Below are positions 40,001 to 54,129 of a stretch of DNA of 64,000 nt, piece after piece. This stretch comes from Daphnia carinata. Lineage: Eukaryota. A model generated the notes under the pieces. The model saw only the letters and a list, made by a program, of their open reading frames with translations, had not been told where the DNA came from and did not search any database. Position 1 is the first letter of the stretch, and each line of letters begins with the position of its first letter. The stretch lies in the NCBI RefSeq assembly GCF_022539665.2, contig NC_081331.1, forward strand, positions 10,540,001 to 10,604,000, written 5' to 3'. Position numbers and translations under genes: made by a program.

Positions 40001-42720
40001 TTCGAATGGATGACAGCTACTAAATGACTTTTTCTTCCGCATTTCCTTCATGTTGTTGCTTGACTGTATATACAGGCCAAGACCCCTAGACATTTATCCG
40101 CATTGTCCACCTCGTTCGATACACGTACCGCTGTTGGAACACTTACATAATGTACGGCAATAGCGGACATTTCCTATTTTTCGGTGGGGGACATGTTTCA
40201 CTATTTTTGAATGAACGGATTAGATGTGAGCAATCTGATTGTCGTCCTACACCAATCATGCGCCCCCCAATGGATGTCTCTCGCATAAGAAGGACGTTAC
40301 GTATGGATAAGTATGTTATAGTCCGTCGATGACGAACGAAAGAAAGTCATGGACACTCAGACATGAGAAAATCCATGATGCGGTAAGAGGAACTAGTATA
40401 TTGTGGATCGATAATAGGCTCTCTCTCCTAGTCCAACTCTTATTGCCAGAAGGAGAGCGGCGGAGGGGAATCCGCGCATGATGGACGACTAGTGCTCAAC
40501 GAGGAGGGAAGAATAAAAAAAGAAAGAGGGGGGAGCACAATCAAACGAAAAACACTCCTTAGCGGAATCTTGGGAATGGCAATGCGGGATTTCAAAATGG
40601 AGGCTTCCGCTTTGCGACGAAAGAAAAAATGTTTAATGACACGCAAAACATTAGGAACAATAAATAACCTCGACGATTCGTTTAAACGTTAGCTTCACTG
40701 TGTGTGTGCGTGATTGTTGGAAACCCAAAAAGATTTTCTAAATAGACCAACACACAAGGAAGCCCAAAGACTGCGTTGCGTATAAATGTACAAAGTTGAT
40801 TTGTGATAAAGCTCGTGGTGAAAAGATAAAAAAGGAAAGTGTGTGGATCGATCGAGGGCGAAAAAAAGTATGCAGAACAGTCAGCACGGCAAATTCAATT
40901 TAAATTCCCTTTCTACTTGCTTTTCTTTCTAGAGAGAGGGTTGACAGAGAAATAAAGTTCTTCGGGTGATTTTGGCTTTCCTTTTTGTTTGTGTACGAAA
41001 ACAAATGATGACACAATCGTTCAAACAAACAGCAATTTGTTTCACTCCCGAAATGAACAGAAAGGTTTTTTTCAAAAAAGAAAAAAAGGAAAAACTCACA
41101 AAAGTGGCATTGAGATTTTTCCCAAATTTTATTCTCATCAATGTTTTTCTTTCGCGCCTGGCAGTCAATGAATAAAAAGAGACAAAAGGGAATTGATTTA
41201 AGTTTTTGCCTCCTCATTTCTAAAGGAATGGCAGCGATTGGAGATCCAAAAAAGAGCAAGAAAAAAAAAATTCAACAATCAAAACAAACAGCCCACCCTT
41301 CCACAACCTCAAACAGGTGCTTCACGTCATCCTCGGGAGACAATATTATTGACTCAAGACAACAACAACAAATAATCGAAAAAGAAAATGGGGGAGTCTA
41401 AAACTCATGGAAATTTTATTATTATTTTTATACTGTTGGTTTTCGTCATTATTCCTCCCAGTTAAAAATTTTTTCAAACGATTGCGCGTTACCCGCCAGC
41501 ACCAAACTGGGAAATGAAACACAAATGCGGGATTTTTATAACTTTTTTCTTGTCGCTTTGCTGTCATTATTGATGGACTTTCAACTCGTGTAGAAGAAGA
41601 AAACAAGAATGTGTATGTGTGTGTGTGAAATTTCAGGACCATCGAGAGAAGTAACGACACGAAAGGAAGCCAATCATAAATGGAGAAATAAGAACAAGGT
41701 GATGATTGAAAGAATTTTCGTTTTGTGTGTGTGTATGTGTGTGGGGTGTCGCAGTAAAATGTGTGACTATTTCGTGTTTAAAAAGTTTTTTTTTTTTTTA
41801 CAATAATGAAATAGGAAGAAAAAAAAAAGAAACAGCCAATTGAGAGACACGAGCTGCTAAGGGAAACGAAAGGACGAAAGGCTTATGCTTCCCTCCGATA
41901 AAAAAGATGAACAACTCGTGGGCCAAAATGAAACAGAAATGACGATGACGATGAAAAAGGAGAATTATAACAATCATAATATGACGATGAGACAACGACG
42001 ACACCACTGGCGCTATGAAAAGTCAACTGTGGCCGGTCGATATTTTCCTTATCGATTCCTAATAATAATGAATTGAGAATGTTTGCATCTATTTTGATAA
42101 TATTAGAATAAAAAACATAAGCAGACGGCAACCGCAACGGCTGCGTCTATTAATAATAATGCATCACAAACGCCAAATAGGAGGGCTTTATGTTTATTGT
42201 GGGTGGACAAAATAGACGAATAAAGAGGGAGAGAGAGAGATAGAGAGAGTAGGGATCAGGAGGCGAGTGGGTGTCGGGCTAGAAGGAGCAATTCAACAAT
42301 CCCCAAACACACACAAAAAAAACAAAGAGGAAGAAACTAGTATTATTATTACATAGGGAGGAAAAAAGAAGGTCAACATAAACATCATTCGAATTCGTTT
42401 ACACTATCGACAGCCACTAACGATGATGTGTGGTGTGTATGTCTCAATCTGCCACTTCCATTCAAATCGAAATATCTAATTTTGAATACAAAACCCAAAA
42501 CAGAATTGCAAATCGTGAACACAATTCAAAAAGGGAGAAAAAGCATCAATTCTTTTACAATTTCTTCTAAACCGTCTGACACACACACACAGTTCCAAGA
42601 CGAAGAAAACTATTTCTACACAAAATATTTCAACAAAACTTAAAAAGAAAGAAAGAACGAAAACCAAAAAAAAAAAAAAAATTCTTGTCAACTCCTTCTG
42701 TCTGATTTTCTACACACGTA

Positions 42721-42740
42721 ACACACACACACACACACAC
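42721..42740. repeat. (AC)10 microsatellite
   Basis: Read directly from the sequence. Confidence 0.9.
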
Positions 42741-44449
42741 GCACGCAGAGTACGACTTCTTTATAGACTCTCTATGGCTCTTTTGTGTCTCTACGTTTTC
42801 AACTATGACTATAAACGAGATACATTCCTCTTTTAATAATGTTTTTTTTTTCCCGAGTTCACTATCTTTTCGTTTCGTCATCATTTCAGGTGTTTCTTAA
42901 AACTCTCAACCTCGATCGAGAGAGGCGGGAAGCTACTGAGCCATACAATAACACGCGAGTGAGGAGGAAGAGGCAAAAAAAAATCGTTTTGGGCATCATG
43001 AATTACTACAAATAAAACGAATCAAATGAAAATTAGGGAAAGGAGATAATCATCGGAGGGCTAAACCCTAAAATCTGCAATTGAAACCAAAAGAAAAAAA
43101 AATCGTTGTGGGTCGCAGAAACGTGCATACCTGCCCACCCCCGCAAAAAGAAATTGATAGAGCACTCGAGTGCAGAGAATCAATGGCTGGCGAAGGAAAA
43201 AGGTCTGAAATATTTCGCAATGACGTCGAATGAAAAATGGAGTCACCATCCCGATTAGTGTGTGTTTATGTGTGTGTGTGTGTGAACGAACCCGTAAGAC
43301 CGCGGGGAAAGGAGTTTAAGTGGGGAGTTGAAAGTTATTGCAAGTGAGCAAAAATGATTGTGGGGAGGATGCCACGATGAAACGAGAATGGAGCGGATGG
43401 GAATTACAGTAATAGGTAATGTAGTGGGAAAGGTAAAGGAAAAAAAAAATCACAAAAAAAATGCCACCATTCATTCTACGGAGGATGCTAATGGACTTGG
43501 TGGAACACACACCGCCACTACGATAACAAAATAAAGAAATAGGAGCAAAAATTCTTTTTTTCCCTACAGCTCAACGGAACCCCATCCAAAAAAAACTAGG
43601 GGCTTTTCTTGATTAACATATTTTTTTTATTTCTTTTTTATTTTTGACTTGTGTACTACCAAGGTCTTTAAAACCTATACCATGTGTCTTTCAGTGAGTT
43701 TTACTCAGAACTGTGATTTTATGTTGCTTCAGAAGTGTGTGTGTTTCCGTTTATCTTAATTTATTCGAAATCTTCTCTGACGGAAACCCCAAGATCTCTC
43801 CTCACACCCCGAAGGGAAACGCTGCATAGTGACGAGCAATAGCCAACCCGGCCAATCAAAATGGGAGAACAAAAACGAATAGAAAACAAAACGATGGCGG
43901 AGTGACTTTGGAAAGAAGGGGAAAACAAAAAATGTTGCTTTCGACTGCCCTTTTTTTATTGTTGCTTCAGAAGGCAGTGGAGAGAATATTCCGTCCAGCG
44001 GCTCTCAAGTTATTGGCTACTTTTTCGTTTGTTTTAAAACAGTAAGTCGTAAGAGCAACTCTTTCCCCTCCCATTTCACTGTCTGGTGAATCCCAACTCC
44101 TTCCGGAATCCCGCTTTTATCGAACTCAGTGTGTGGACGTGGAGGGAATAGACGAAACGAAAAGAAAAAGGAGAAGAAAGAAGACCTCGTCAACCTGTCG
44201 AAGTCGGTAGACAAGAGCACGCAGGATGCGAATAGAACTGGACGAGAGATAACGAAAAGGAAGAGTCGGGCAAATCGGGAATTCCAGTGTACGAACTTTT
44301 AATTTAGAGACCGAGTGGAAAGAATGAAAGAAAAGAAAAGAAAAACATAAAATAAAGAAAAATAAAGATAAGAGAGGAGGGGATAGGCGAATGCTGCGTG
44401 TGGATCATCATAGTTTTGTTGTTTGTTTGTTTTTTAAAGCCGGAGAAGG

Positions 44450-45753
44450 TTAGCTAGAAGTGGAGGCCAGAGGTGAATCCGCGCCTGGATGAGCTGGACT
44501 GCGTGAGTTCCGCATTCCGCCGGAGGAGCCCAGGCTGGTGTCGGGTCGGAGACATCCCTGCAAGGTGACCATCAGCTTGCGCGATCCGGCCTGGTTTCGA
44601 TGCTCGCAAAGCCAGATGCCTTGCCAGGTGCCCAGCGCCAAACGGCCGTCGCTGATCGGCAACGTCAACGACGATCCCAGGAAGCAAGCTTTGACGTGGG
44701 CGGGCTGTTTTCATCCAATATCCGCATTGTCATCATCACGTGTTGATTGTTTTACGATCGTTTTAGGGCGTGCGGATGGACGTAGCAAAAAATCCGATGA
44801 CAATCCGGAATTCCGGTCGAGGAGATATCCGCGCGTGTCAGTGGGGAGAGGGGTGGAGTGATGGGGTTTTCAACGATCGTAAAGTTAAAAAAGGATTCGA
44901 AAAAAAAAATAAATAATAAATAAAAAAACCAAACAAGGAAAACAGAATGAAAAGAAAAAGGGCAGTGAGGAGAGGCGGTAGAAAGGCAACAAAAAACAGA
45001 AAGAAAAAACACATTGAGTTACGGTGATTCTACTAAAAGCTGCTAAATCTACGTCTTTGTAAGTCTAATAATAAAATCTGAATATGGAAAACTAATCTAG
45101 TCTTCAAGCCACATCAAATTTGACATTGAATAACCATAATAAAAAATTCAAGTTCAACTTTCTAACTAATTAGACTTGAAAAAGTACCCACCATATCGTC
45201 CGGGCCTTCACATGAATGCCTGTATGGCAAGCCCTGTTCACAAGGGGAAAAATATACAAGGAGAAAATAAAAAAAAAAAGATTTCTTATAAGTTTTTGAA
45301 TGAAAATGAACATTTTGGAAATTTTCCCACCTCAGGGATAATTCGATTCAACATCATTTCCATATCATCCCTGGAAAAATCATAAAAAATTCTTAATGAG
45401 TGATAAAACGATAAATGACACAATGCTGGGGTTTACCTGACATCTGGATCCCAACTTTCATTTAATGCTAAACTAGCTGATGTGTGAAGTACTGAGAAGG
45501 GGAAAAACAATCAATAAATATTGCTTGCGTATTGGTCAAACATGTATAAAAATATACTTTGAAAGTGAGCGAGTCCCACAGAAAACTGTGAGATTTCAGG
45601 TATGAGTCGCAGCACTTCCTCTGTGACTAGGTGGACCCCACGATGCTGGGGTCTAAGATTGATCCTTCTCTGAAACCAGGCAGAGCCTATTTGGATACCG
45701 CTGGAACTACGGCTGGATCCGGGTCCACCTCCAGTATTGAGTTCACAACTCAT
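44450..45753 (-). CDS. UPF0047 / YjbQ-family protein, five exons
   Basis: [58 protein letters not shown] and [36 protein letters not shown], joined by GT-AG introns. Confidence 0.93.
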
Positions 45754-46612
45754 TTGAAAAGCAGTCTCGTGTTGGCTCTACGTCAGTTCAATTTCAGGCA
45801 CACCACTTTTTGTACCACATTCATTATAGGGTTGGAATTCAATCCCTAATTTCTACACTCTTTTTCTCACTTTGCAACGACGGCGAAGGCGCACACTGAA
45901 CGTTGATGGGTCCAGCAGTCACTCGGTAAACTATCCCATTTTGCACGTATGAATGGCATCTTTCTTCATTGGGTAATAGAAAGATGTAGGCATCATAAAT
46001 GTTGATCACCCCTTATTCCTTTTCCAGCACAAAATGATCCAATTCATTTTCAATTTACGTGATATTTACTACTACAATACCAAATACTTCCACGAAATTT
46101 AGTATTCCACCGCCATTACTACACTTTTGCTTCCCAGTTCTGGCTCTGCTCACGACAGTTCACCCGATTCAATATTACTGCGGCTAGATGGCTCCTTCTA
46201 GACGAGAAAAGAAATTTTCGATTAATTCACTTCTCATTTTATGTTGTTTAAAAATTCCGTGGCGTTGCGCAAGTAGCTAAAAAAAATTTAATAATTTATT
46301 CTGATTGGTATAAATATATTTCGCAAATGTGATAAAAGCAGATTATGAGCTTAGCAACCATGGCAGCAAAATCCCGCCCTGACGGTACAGGCTGTAACCT
46401 TCGTTCCAACGATACTGTTTAGCACAGACTGTGAGGTTTTCGATTTTCTGTATTTCCGCAGTAATTTTGCGACATGCTGTTTTTTCCGTAACACACTACA
46501 GTTTCCCGTGTTACACGTGGTTCTTATCCTAGGTGACCAAGTTAAAATTATACTAGAATAATTGATTGTTTTCTAATCGTGAGAATAATAAAGTAAAGAA
46601 AAAGAAAATCAA

Positions 46613-49025
46613 ATGGAAAAAGAAATCAATCAAGCAGAAAGTGACACAATAAAAAAAGAAAATGAAATTGGTAATAGTGAGCTGAATGTCAAGAAAGAAA
46701 GAGAAATGGATCCAAATGAGCTTGAAATAAAAAAAGAGTATGAATAAATTTACAAAGTTCATAATAAAGTGATTGTATATGTGACGATGATTGTAAACAT
46801 ACTTTCAGGTATTTGCTGAGCATCAGAGAACGAGTATTGTGTACAGAATTACTGTCTGAAAAGGATCGTGTATTGATTGATGGCTCAGAAAAGTCTAATG
46901 AAAATGTAGCTGACGCAATCCAAAAAGGAGATTTGAAATCTATGTCAGTCAAATTAAAGGGCCAGAACAAAAATCGTCCACCTCCAATGAAATTTGATAT
47001 TACTGATAGAATATGCCCATCCTTAGTAGATGTGGCTGTGGATGAAGAGCCATCAGCTTGCCCTTACAATCCCAATTGTCGTTATAGGCATGATATTGTA
47101 GAGTATATGAAAGAAAGAAAGCCTGATTTATTACCTGGAGGATGCCCAAATTACCAAAATAGTGGTAGATGTTCAAGGGGCATCAGCTGTCTTTTTGGTG
47201 AAGAACATGTAACACCTGAAGGAAGAAATAAGAAGAACCCTAATCCAACCTCTCCTGGTTCAGAGTACTACAATTTCTTATCAAAGGATCTCCAAAAGTC
47301 TCTGAGGAAGAAAACATATAACTTTAAAAAAGCAGAGAACATTGTAAAGAAGAACAACAAGAACCAATGTAAGGAAGAAGTCACTGAAAATGGAAAAGGA
47401 ATAGTTGACAAAGCAGAAGCAGAACTTGTACATGAAGAGCCAGCTGCAAAGAAAACAAAAGTAGAAATAGGACCAATTACTGATGAAGATATGATCCGTT
47501 TGAAACCTGATGAGAAGAAAAAGGTATTCTATATATATTATCTAATGAATGGCAACATCAGTTATATTGAACATTTCCAATAGATTGACTGGAAGGGCAA
47601 GTTGTACTTGGCGCCCTTGACTACAGTGGGAAATTTACCTTTTAGAAGATTATGTAAAAAGCTTGGAGCTGATATTACTTGTGGCGAAATGGCCATGGCA
47701 GAGTCTCTGGTCGGAGGTGGCCAACAAGAATGGGCTCTGGTGCGCAAACACAAGTCGGAGGACCTTTTTGGAGTTCAGGTACCTTATTTTACATTTTAAT
47801 TTCTTCACTTAATTTCTATTTGTCGATTATCGCTTTATTAGATCTGTGGCGCAAATCCCTATATTCTTGGTAAATGTAGCCAACTACTCGAAGAGAACAC
47901 CGAAGTTGATTTCATTGACCTCAATCTTGGCTGCCCAATTGACATGGTTTACCAAAAGGTACCTCAGCAACGACCCTTCTTTTTTTCGTTAATTAAACAA
48001 ATGATATAGACATTTCTTTGGCAAAAAATAGGGTGCAGGCAGTGGCCTAATGCGTAGACGTGGGCCATTGGAATCCTCGATAAAAACCATGTCGCAACTA
48101 CTTAAAATTCCTTTCACTGTAAAAATGCGTATGGGCGTTTATACAGACCATCCAATCGCCCATCAGTTGGTAGAAAAATGCCGAGATTGGGGAGTCTCTA
48201 TGTGTACTGTGCACGGAAGGTCTCGCGAGCAACGGTACACCCGTCTGGCCGACTGGGATTACGTCCGGAATTGCGTCAAAGCTGCAGACCCCATGCCCAT
48301 ATTTGGAAACGGCGATTTAATGTCCTATGAAGACTACGAAAGAGTAGTGGAACAGAGCGGTGTTGCAGGTAAATAGTCGCGTGATAAGACCCCTCTACAT
48401 TATCTCCCTATAATGCTCATTGGTGGTTGACGACGCATTCTTCGTACAGGCGTAATGATTGCTCGTGGGGCGTTGATCAAACCGTGGATTTTCACCGAGA
48501 TCAAGGAGCGAAGACATTGGGATATTAGCTCTAGCGAACGATTTCAGTATATGAAAGGTACACGTAATAGTTTTTTTAATGCGTTCTTATTGGGATGAAT
48601 TACCACCGCAATTCTATATTATGTTGATTTTCGATTTCGTTTCATTCCTTAAAAAACAGATTTCTGCAATTTTGGACTTGAACATTGGGGATCCGATTCA
48701 CAGGTAATTCCAAACAACTTCTGAAAAATATGTATTGCGACTATTCTAACGCTTTAATTACTTGGCGTAGGGTGTTGAGAGGACGCGTCGGTTCCTTCTC
48801 GAGTGGCAATCATTTGCCCATCGTTATGTGCCCGTTGGTTTACTTGAAAGGCCACCTCAGAAAATGAATCTACGTCCACCACCTTTCCGAGGTCGTGACG
48901 ACCTCGAAACGCTGTTAGGCTCGCCCAACGCTGGCGATTGGGTTCGGATTTGCGAAATGTTCCTTGGTCCCGCACCCGACGGGTTCCAATTCCTGCCCAA
49001 ACATAAAGCCAATTCATGGAAGTGA
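46613..49025 (+). CDS. DUS3L: tRNA-dihydrouridine(47) synthase 3-like
   Basis: Two CCCH zinc fingers, [46 protein letters not shown] and [10 protein letters not shown]. Start codon inferred from exon 46613-46737, which splices in frame to 46810. Confidence 0.93.
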
Positions 49026-49719
49026 GCAAACATGGACAGTCGGTATCCACTCGGAATGCATTATTGCTAGTCGAGGCAAGTACTAACGAGGAATAAAAAA
49101 ACCAGCCAGTACCAGCCATTACCGGATTTCAGCCATCTTATTGCACGACACCGCAGCCATGGCCTTTATCCTAATCCTTCCATAAATCTCATAAGTGACA
49201 CCAATAAAATAATAATAATAAAAAAAGGCCAAAAGAAACAACTGACGTATGGAGTAATAGCCTTTAGACGGAATTTTATTGGCAGATTGCACGAGATGTT
49301 CCGTATTTAAATGGCAACCTCCTTGGCCTTTCGGCACTTTTACATTACGAAAAAGTAATACGCGTTATTTCAAAAATCGTTATGTTGCCCGTCGTGTCGT
49401 ACGGAGATCGGAATGGACTTTTTTTTTTTTTTTTTTAATACTTCTAGGCTAAACTAAGAAGGTGAGCACATAAGTCATAAAATTCATTTATTTAACTCAA
49501 AAGAGCACTTGAGATCGCGAATGTTTGCACAGTTTTTAGTTGAGTTCTGTGAAACTTTCGAAGACCGAAGCAAAAAGACATAGACAAATTAGAACAATTA
49601 AAAAGGCAAACGAAACAATGAGCGGATGATTCGGAATACTGGACACCAAATCGACGTGATCTGGGATCGACGTAGAACGGATTTGACGAATAACCGTGAG
49701 TGGATTCATGTGGGTCAAC

Positions 49720-50456
49720 TCAGGTGAAGTATTTGGAATCGCCGTTGGAATGAACAGGCCACATGCACTCACATCCGGAATGAACTTCCTTGGTAAATAA
49801 AGTCCAGCAAGTTGTTCCAATTTTTCTTTTGGCTATTTGAATCGTTTTAGTGCGTTGGACGCAAGCCAAACCTGATTTCAGGCACATCTGTAAAATGATT
49901 TTATTAGAACATGTAACGATTTGCAGTGGAAAATTTTGATTAAAAATCAAATGAGCACTGAAAATACCTGTGAGCCATCGTGATGCCCGCGGTGATGAAG
50001 CTTGTCGGCAGTATGTTTGCACTCGATCGAATGGTAAAACGGAGGACGAAATTCGTATTCTTGTTCGTCTGAATCCTTCTGAAGGTCTACTCTGTGATTG
50101 ACAGATTGACAGAGCGGCTGATAGTCCTTTGATGGTTCCGCCCAATATTATAAAAAAAACAACGTTTTTGTTAGGTAATCTACGATGGAAAGGATTTCTA
50201 AAATCAAAAAGTACCGGCAATGATTCACGATCTCGCGACGAAGATGTTCGCCAGTTGCGGATGGCGTGTTCTCCGTACGCTTCGTTCTTCTATAACATAA
50301 TTTGAAATGAATAAATGTTTGTTTGTTATAGGAGATGCTGTGTTCACTTACCCGAAACGGGAAGGCATTAACGGGACGGTAAATCCACTGGACGAAAATC
50401 AAAAAGGCGACAAAGGCAATTTTGGGAACGGTTGAAGCCATGACTGCCACTGACAT
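49720..50456 (-). CDS. Secreted cystine-knot growth-factor/hormone-like protein (about 170 aa)
   Basis: Exons 50456-50352 (signal peptide), 50289-50215, 50147 or 50126 to 49968, and 49887-49720. Cys pattern PLCQSV..FRPPFYHSIEC..MCLKSGLACVQ..TCW..GCECM. Confidence 0.75.
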
Positions 50457-53400
50457 TTGTTTCAACTATTCACTGCCTTTTAGAGACGAATCCAATCATA
50501 TATACCCTGCTGCTGTAGTGTGACGCCCCGAGTTTTCCGTCATTGTTTGAACGAGTGTGGTGGGAATTTCCAACGCTAGTATTCACGACCTCTCAACTTA
50601 TGTGCGTGTGGGCAAGCTGCAATTTTGCCCGACAAAACTAGTGGGTGGGGCAACGAGGTGGAGAAACTGGAAACTTCGTGTAGGTTGATTATTTATCTAA
50701 TATCTCATCTGCCCGCCATCACTACTGACAACAACACCGATTTCGGAAATTAGACTTTCAGCCTGTTGTCCACGTGATTGCCATCCAGTTCAACTGAGTG
50801 GACTTCGGTAGTTTAAACCCTACGTCTTTATTTTTAATCCCAACCGGAAATGGGAAATCAAGCAATTAATTGTCGGATTAAGTCAAGAATCTCGTGACGT
50901 CAACTGTGTATGCTCACCGTGCATTCGGGTTTAATTTCCCCGCCACGATTAGACGTTCATCGTGGCGTTACGTAATCACGTTCTCATCAACAACTGTACT
51001 CAATACCGTGACCGTTGCACCTGTTTTTCGTCTAGTCTTCAGTAAACTTAATCATGTCCCAAAATCGAACTAGATCGAGTTAAAACCAGGATACTAGTAG
51101 TTTATTTTTATCGATAACATTTTATTTTAACACTGCTTATTCGCTTATGCAAACAAAAAACAACCCACACAAACAAGAAAGAAAGTTGTTATCAACGATG
51201 ATGCAAAAGCGTTGTAAATACGATTAACACTGGATAGTGACATGGTACGTCAATTTAAGATTTCATTGAGCCGTCGTGGTAATCTGTACCAGTTCATTCT
51301 AGTTTGCCTAATCCCTGTAACTAGAATAAATATTGAAAATGAATAATGATGTAGGTGCAGAGGGAATTTCCTAGTTCAATAACGTGATAATTAAGGTAAA
51401 CTTTAAAATCACGAGATGGGGAAAACCCTGTTGAGATCCCCCAATTTCCAAACTTATCTTAGCCCGTATAGGTTGTTTCCCACGAGGTGATAAAGATGAC
51501 AACAACCTGATCACGTTCCCTTGACACCGCTTCTGCTTCCATATGTATCGGTGTTTTTCATGCGGCGATAAATGTCACGTATGACCCACTACCTGAACAG
51601 TTTATTTCAATATTGGCATTTGTAAACGTGATCAGTAAGGAGTTTTGGACTGTCTATCACATGGGCGCATAGTGCTCATCGCTCCCAGTACAATTTTATA
51701 TTATTAATTTGTTATTGGTTGGTGTATTTGCATTGTCTGAGGTAGTTCGCTTGAACTCGTTTCCAAAAAAAGCCGCGAAAAGCTGTTGTGTGTGACGTTA
51801 CTCCAACGGCCAACAGATGGCGTTTACGACAAAGCTTCCCTCCTCCCATCTTTGCCTTCCTCTTGTGTGTATGAGTGTGTTCATGGTCGAAAGAGAATTT
51901 GTGCTGGGGCCAGTCAGCAACATTCACTATAGTGCTGGTGTGTGTCCCTGGTTAGTTGGTGGAGGAAAGGAGGAAGGAGACGGAATAAAAAGTAGAGGAC
52001 TTCACTCCGCCCTTGAGGTAAGTTCACCAAATATGACCGACTCAAATCATGTTGTTGTTTTAAGAAGTATTGGTTTGTCGTGCTGTCGATGACGACAAGT
52101 TCGGACGTGCCTTCTAGTTGTGTTGTGTCTGCATCTTCGTGGGGCCCGTGTGTTGTTAGTGTCTTGTGAGTGTACATTGAACGCCCCACACGACGAACTA
52201 CGAACGTGTGTTGTGTTTCGAGATAGCTTTATTTGTTCCCCTTTTTTTACGGGAAAAAAAGTGTCGATAAAGCCAGCTGCTGTCTCTGGTTCCAGCAATT
52301 TTGGCATTCTACCGGATTTGGCCTTTCTATCACCTTGTGTTTCGACCGTGTGTTTTGACGTGGAAGGCCTTTGTTTGGTATAATTATCATCTCTTTCTAA
52401 CTTCCCCTTATTGTTATTTATTACGTAAAACATTCCTCAGAGAGGATTGTGAAAATCATTTGCTAAGAGCATTGAAATATGTTTGGAAAGCATGTCATTA
52501 TGTTGTGACTTGTTCCGGTTGAGACAACGTCTTGAAACGTTTGGATGGAAAAGGATTTTGGTGTTGGCAGTGGAAATTTTGGGTGTGTGTGTGTCAGTGC
52601 ATTCAAAAATAGGAAATCACAAGAGAGTTGGTTGCTTTCGACATAAACTCCCCGCATACACACACACACACACTTTGAAAAACTCGGCGAAGCAGCAGCA
52701 GCCATGTTGGTTTATTGGTTGAAAGGTGCCTCAGGGTTTTTTGGAAGTTTTCCTGGCCTTTTTTTTTTTTTTTTTCGTTTTCCTCTCATTTTTCGCTTTT
52801 TTAGATTCCAAGAGCACTCGAGCAAAGAACAAACTTGGGGAGGCGATTCTCAAATTCAGTTCTCAAGTTGTTTTATATTTCACTTTTCATTTCCTCTCTG
52901 GCGATCGCACTGTAACCTTGACGGTTGTTGTTCTCGTCCTTCATCAATTAAACTCAAAACTGGTATTCGACCAAAACTGGAGAATGTCTATGTTTTTTTT
53001 TGTTTTTTTCTGATCTCGATGGTGACTTTGACCCGTTTTGGCGTATTTGGCTATTTTTTTTTATCGTTACTCACCAATCGTCGAATTTGGTTATAAAGGC
53101 GACGATATTTACCGGTTGTTTTCCCATTGTGCCCGTTCCCGGCATTTTCCCCTCGTCCTCCCTCCCCTTCTTTTCACATTTTCTATGATTATTGCATTAG
53201 AGTAGGAGTTTCATGGTTGTTTTGGGGTTTTCATATTTTGAAGGCTGGTGCCTATGGCCATCTAGTGAGCGTGAAGGTTACTGCTTGGTCTTAGCCTTTA
53301 AGGGTCATTCGCCCCCGTTTCTTCTCTAAACAAAACAAAAACGTGACACATCTGCTGGCCTCGTACCATTTGTACCGTCAGTGCACACACATGTCTCAGC

Positions 53401-54093
53401 ATTGTGAGATGGGGGTTTTCAACTGACTGCTTTGTCAAATCTGCTCCAATTTTGCTTTTTCCGAAAATGAAAACAACCTTTTTTTTTCCCCTTCTCTCAA
53501 ACAAATTCTTTCTTCTCCTGTCGACAGCTAAATCAACAGCACTGCAGAGAAAGATAATAATATTGTCCTACTCGTGGGGTCAACGTTTGAAACAAACACC
53601 TTTTCGTTTTTCTTTTGTTCGTACGCGTGTATTCATTCTTTTTTCGGTTTTGAAAAACGAAATGCCAATCACTGAAAAGGAAAGGAAAAACAAGAAACTT
53701 TGGAGACTCATTAAAAAGGAATCCCCAAAACCGGATTCTTCTTTTTCTTAATAATAAAAAAAACACACACTCACAAACTTGCTTTTCAAGATTAAAAAGA
53801 ACGGAGAGTAGCAAAAATGGTTCGCTTTTGGAATTTCGAGCTGCTTTGTTTTGTTGCGAGAGAATATTTTTCGTTAAAATATTCCGGTTTTATTTTCGTT
53901 TTTCTTGTCTATTTTACATCAGGTAGATTTTCTAGCTACTCTCTTTTTTTTTTATGAACAAAATACCGTAAAAGTTTAAATATTAGTTGGAGGGCGTTTT
54001 TTTCTGTTAAAATGTCTTTGTTATTCTTCGATTTCTTACCCCCCGCACAAAATAGATATGCGCCCCCACCGAAACTCTCCGTGAGACCATTGC

Positions 54094-54095
<2 letters not shown>

Positions 54096-54127
<32 letters not shown>
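54096..54127. repeat. (TG)16 microsatellite
   Basis: Read directly from the sequence. Confidence 0.9.

Positions 54128-54129
<2 letters not shown>

Noticed and set aside
51738..51760. let-7-like seed TGAGGTAG
   Set aside because: The remainder does not match let-7 and no precursor hairpin is evident.
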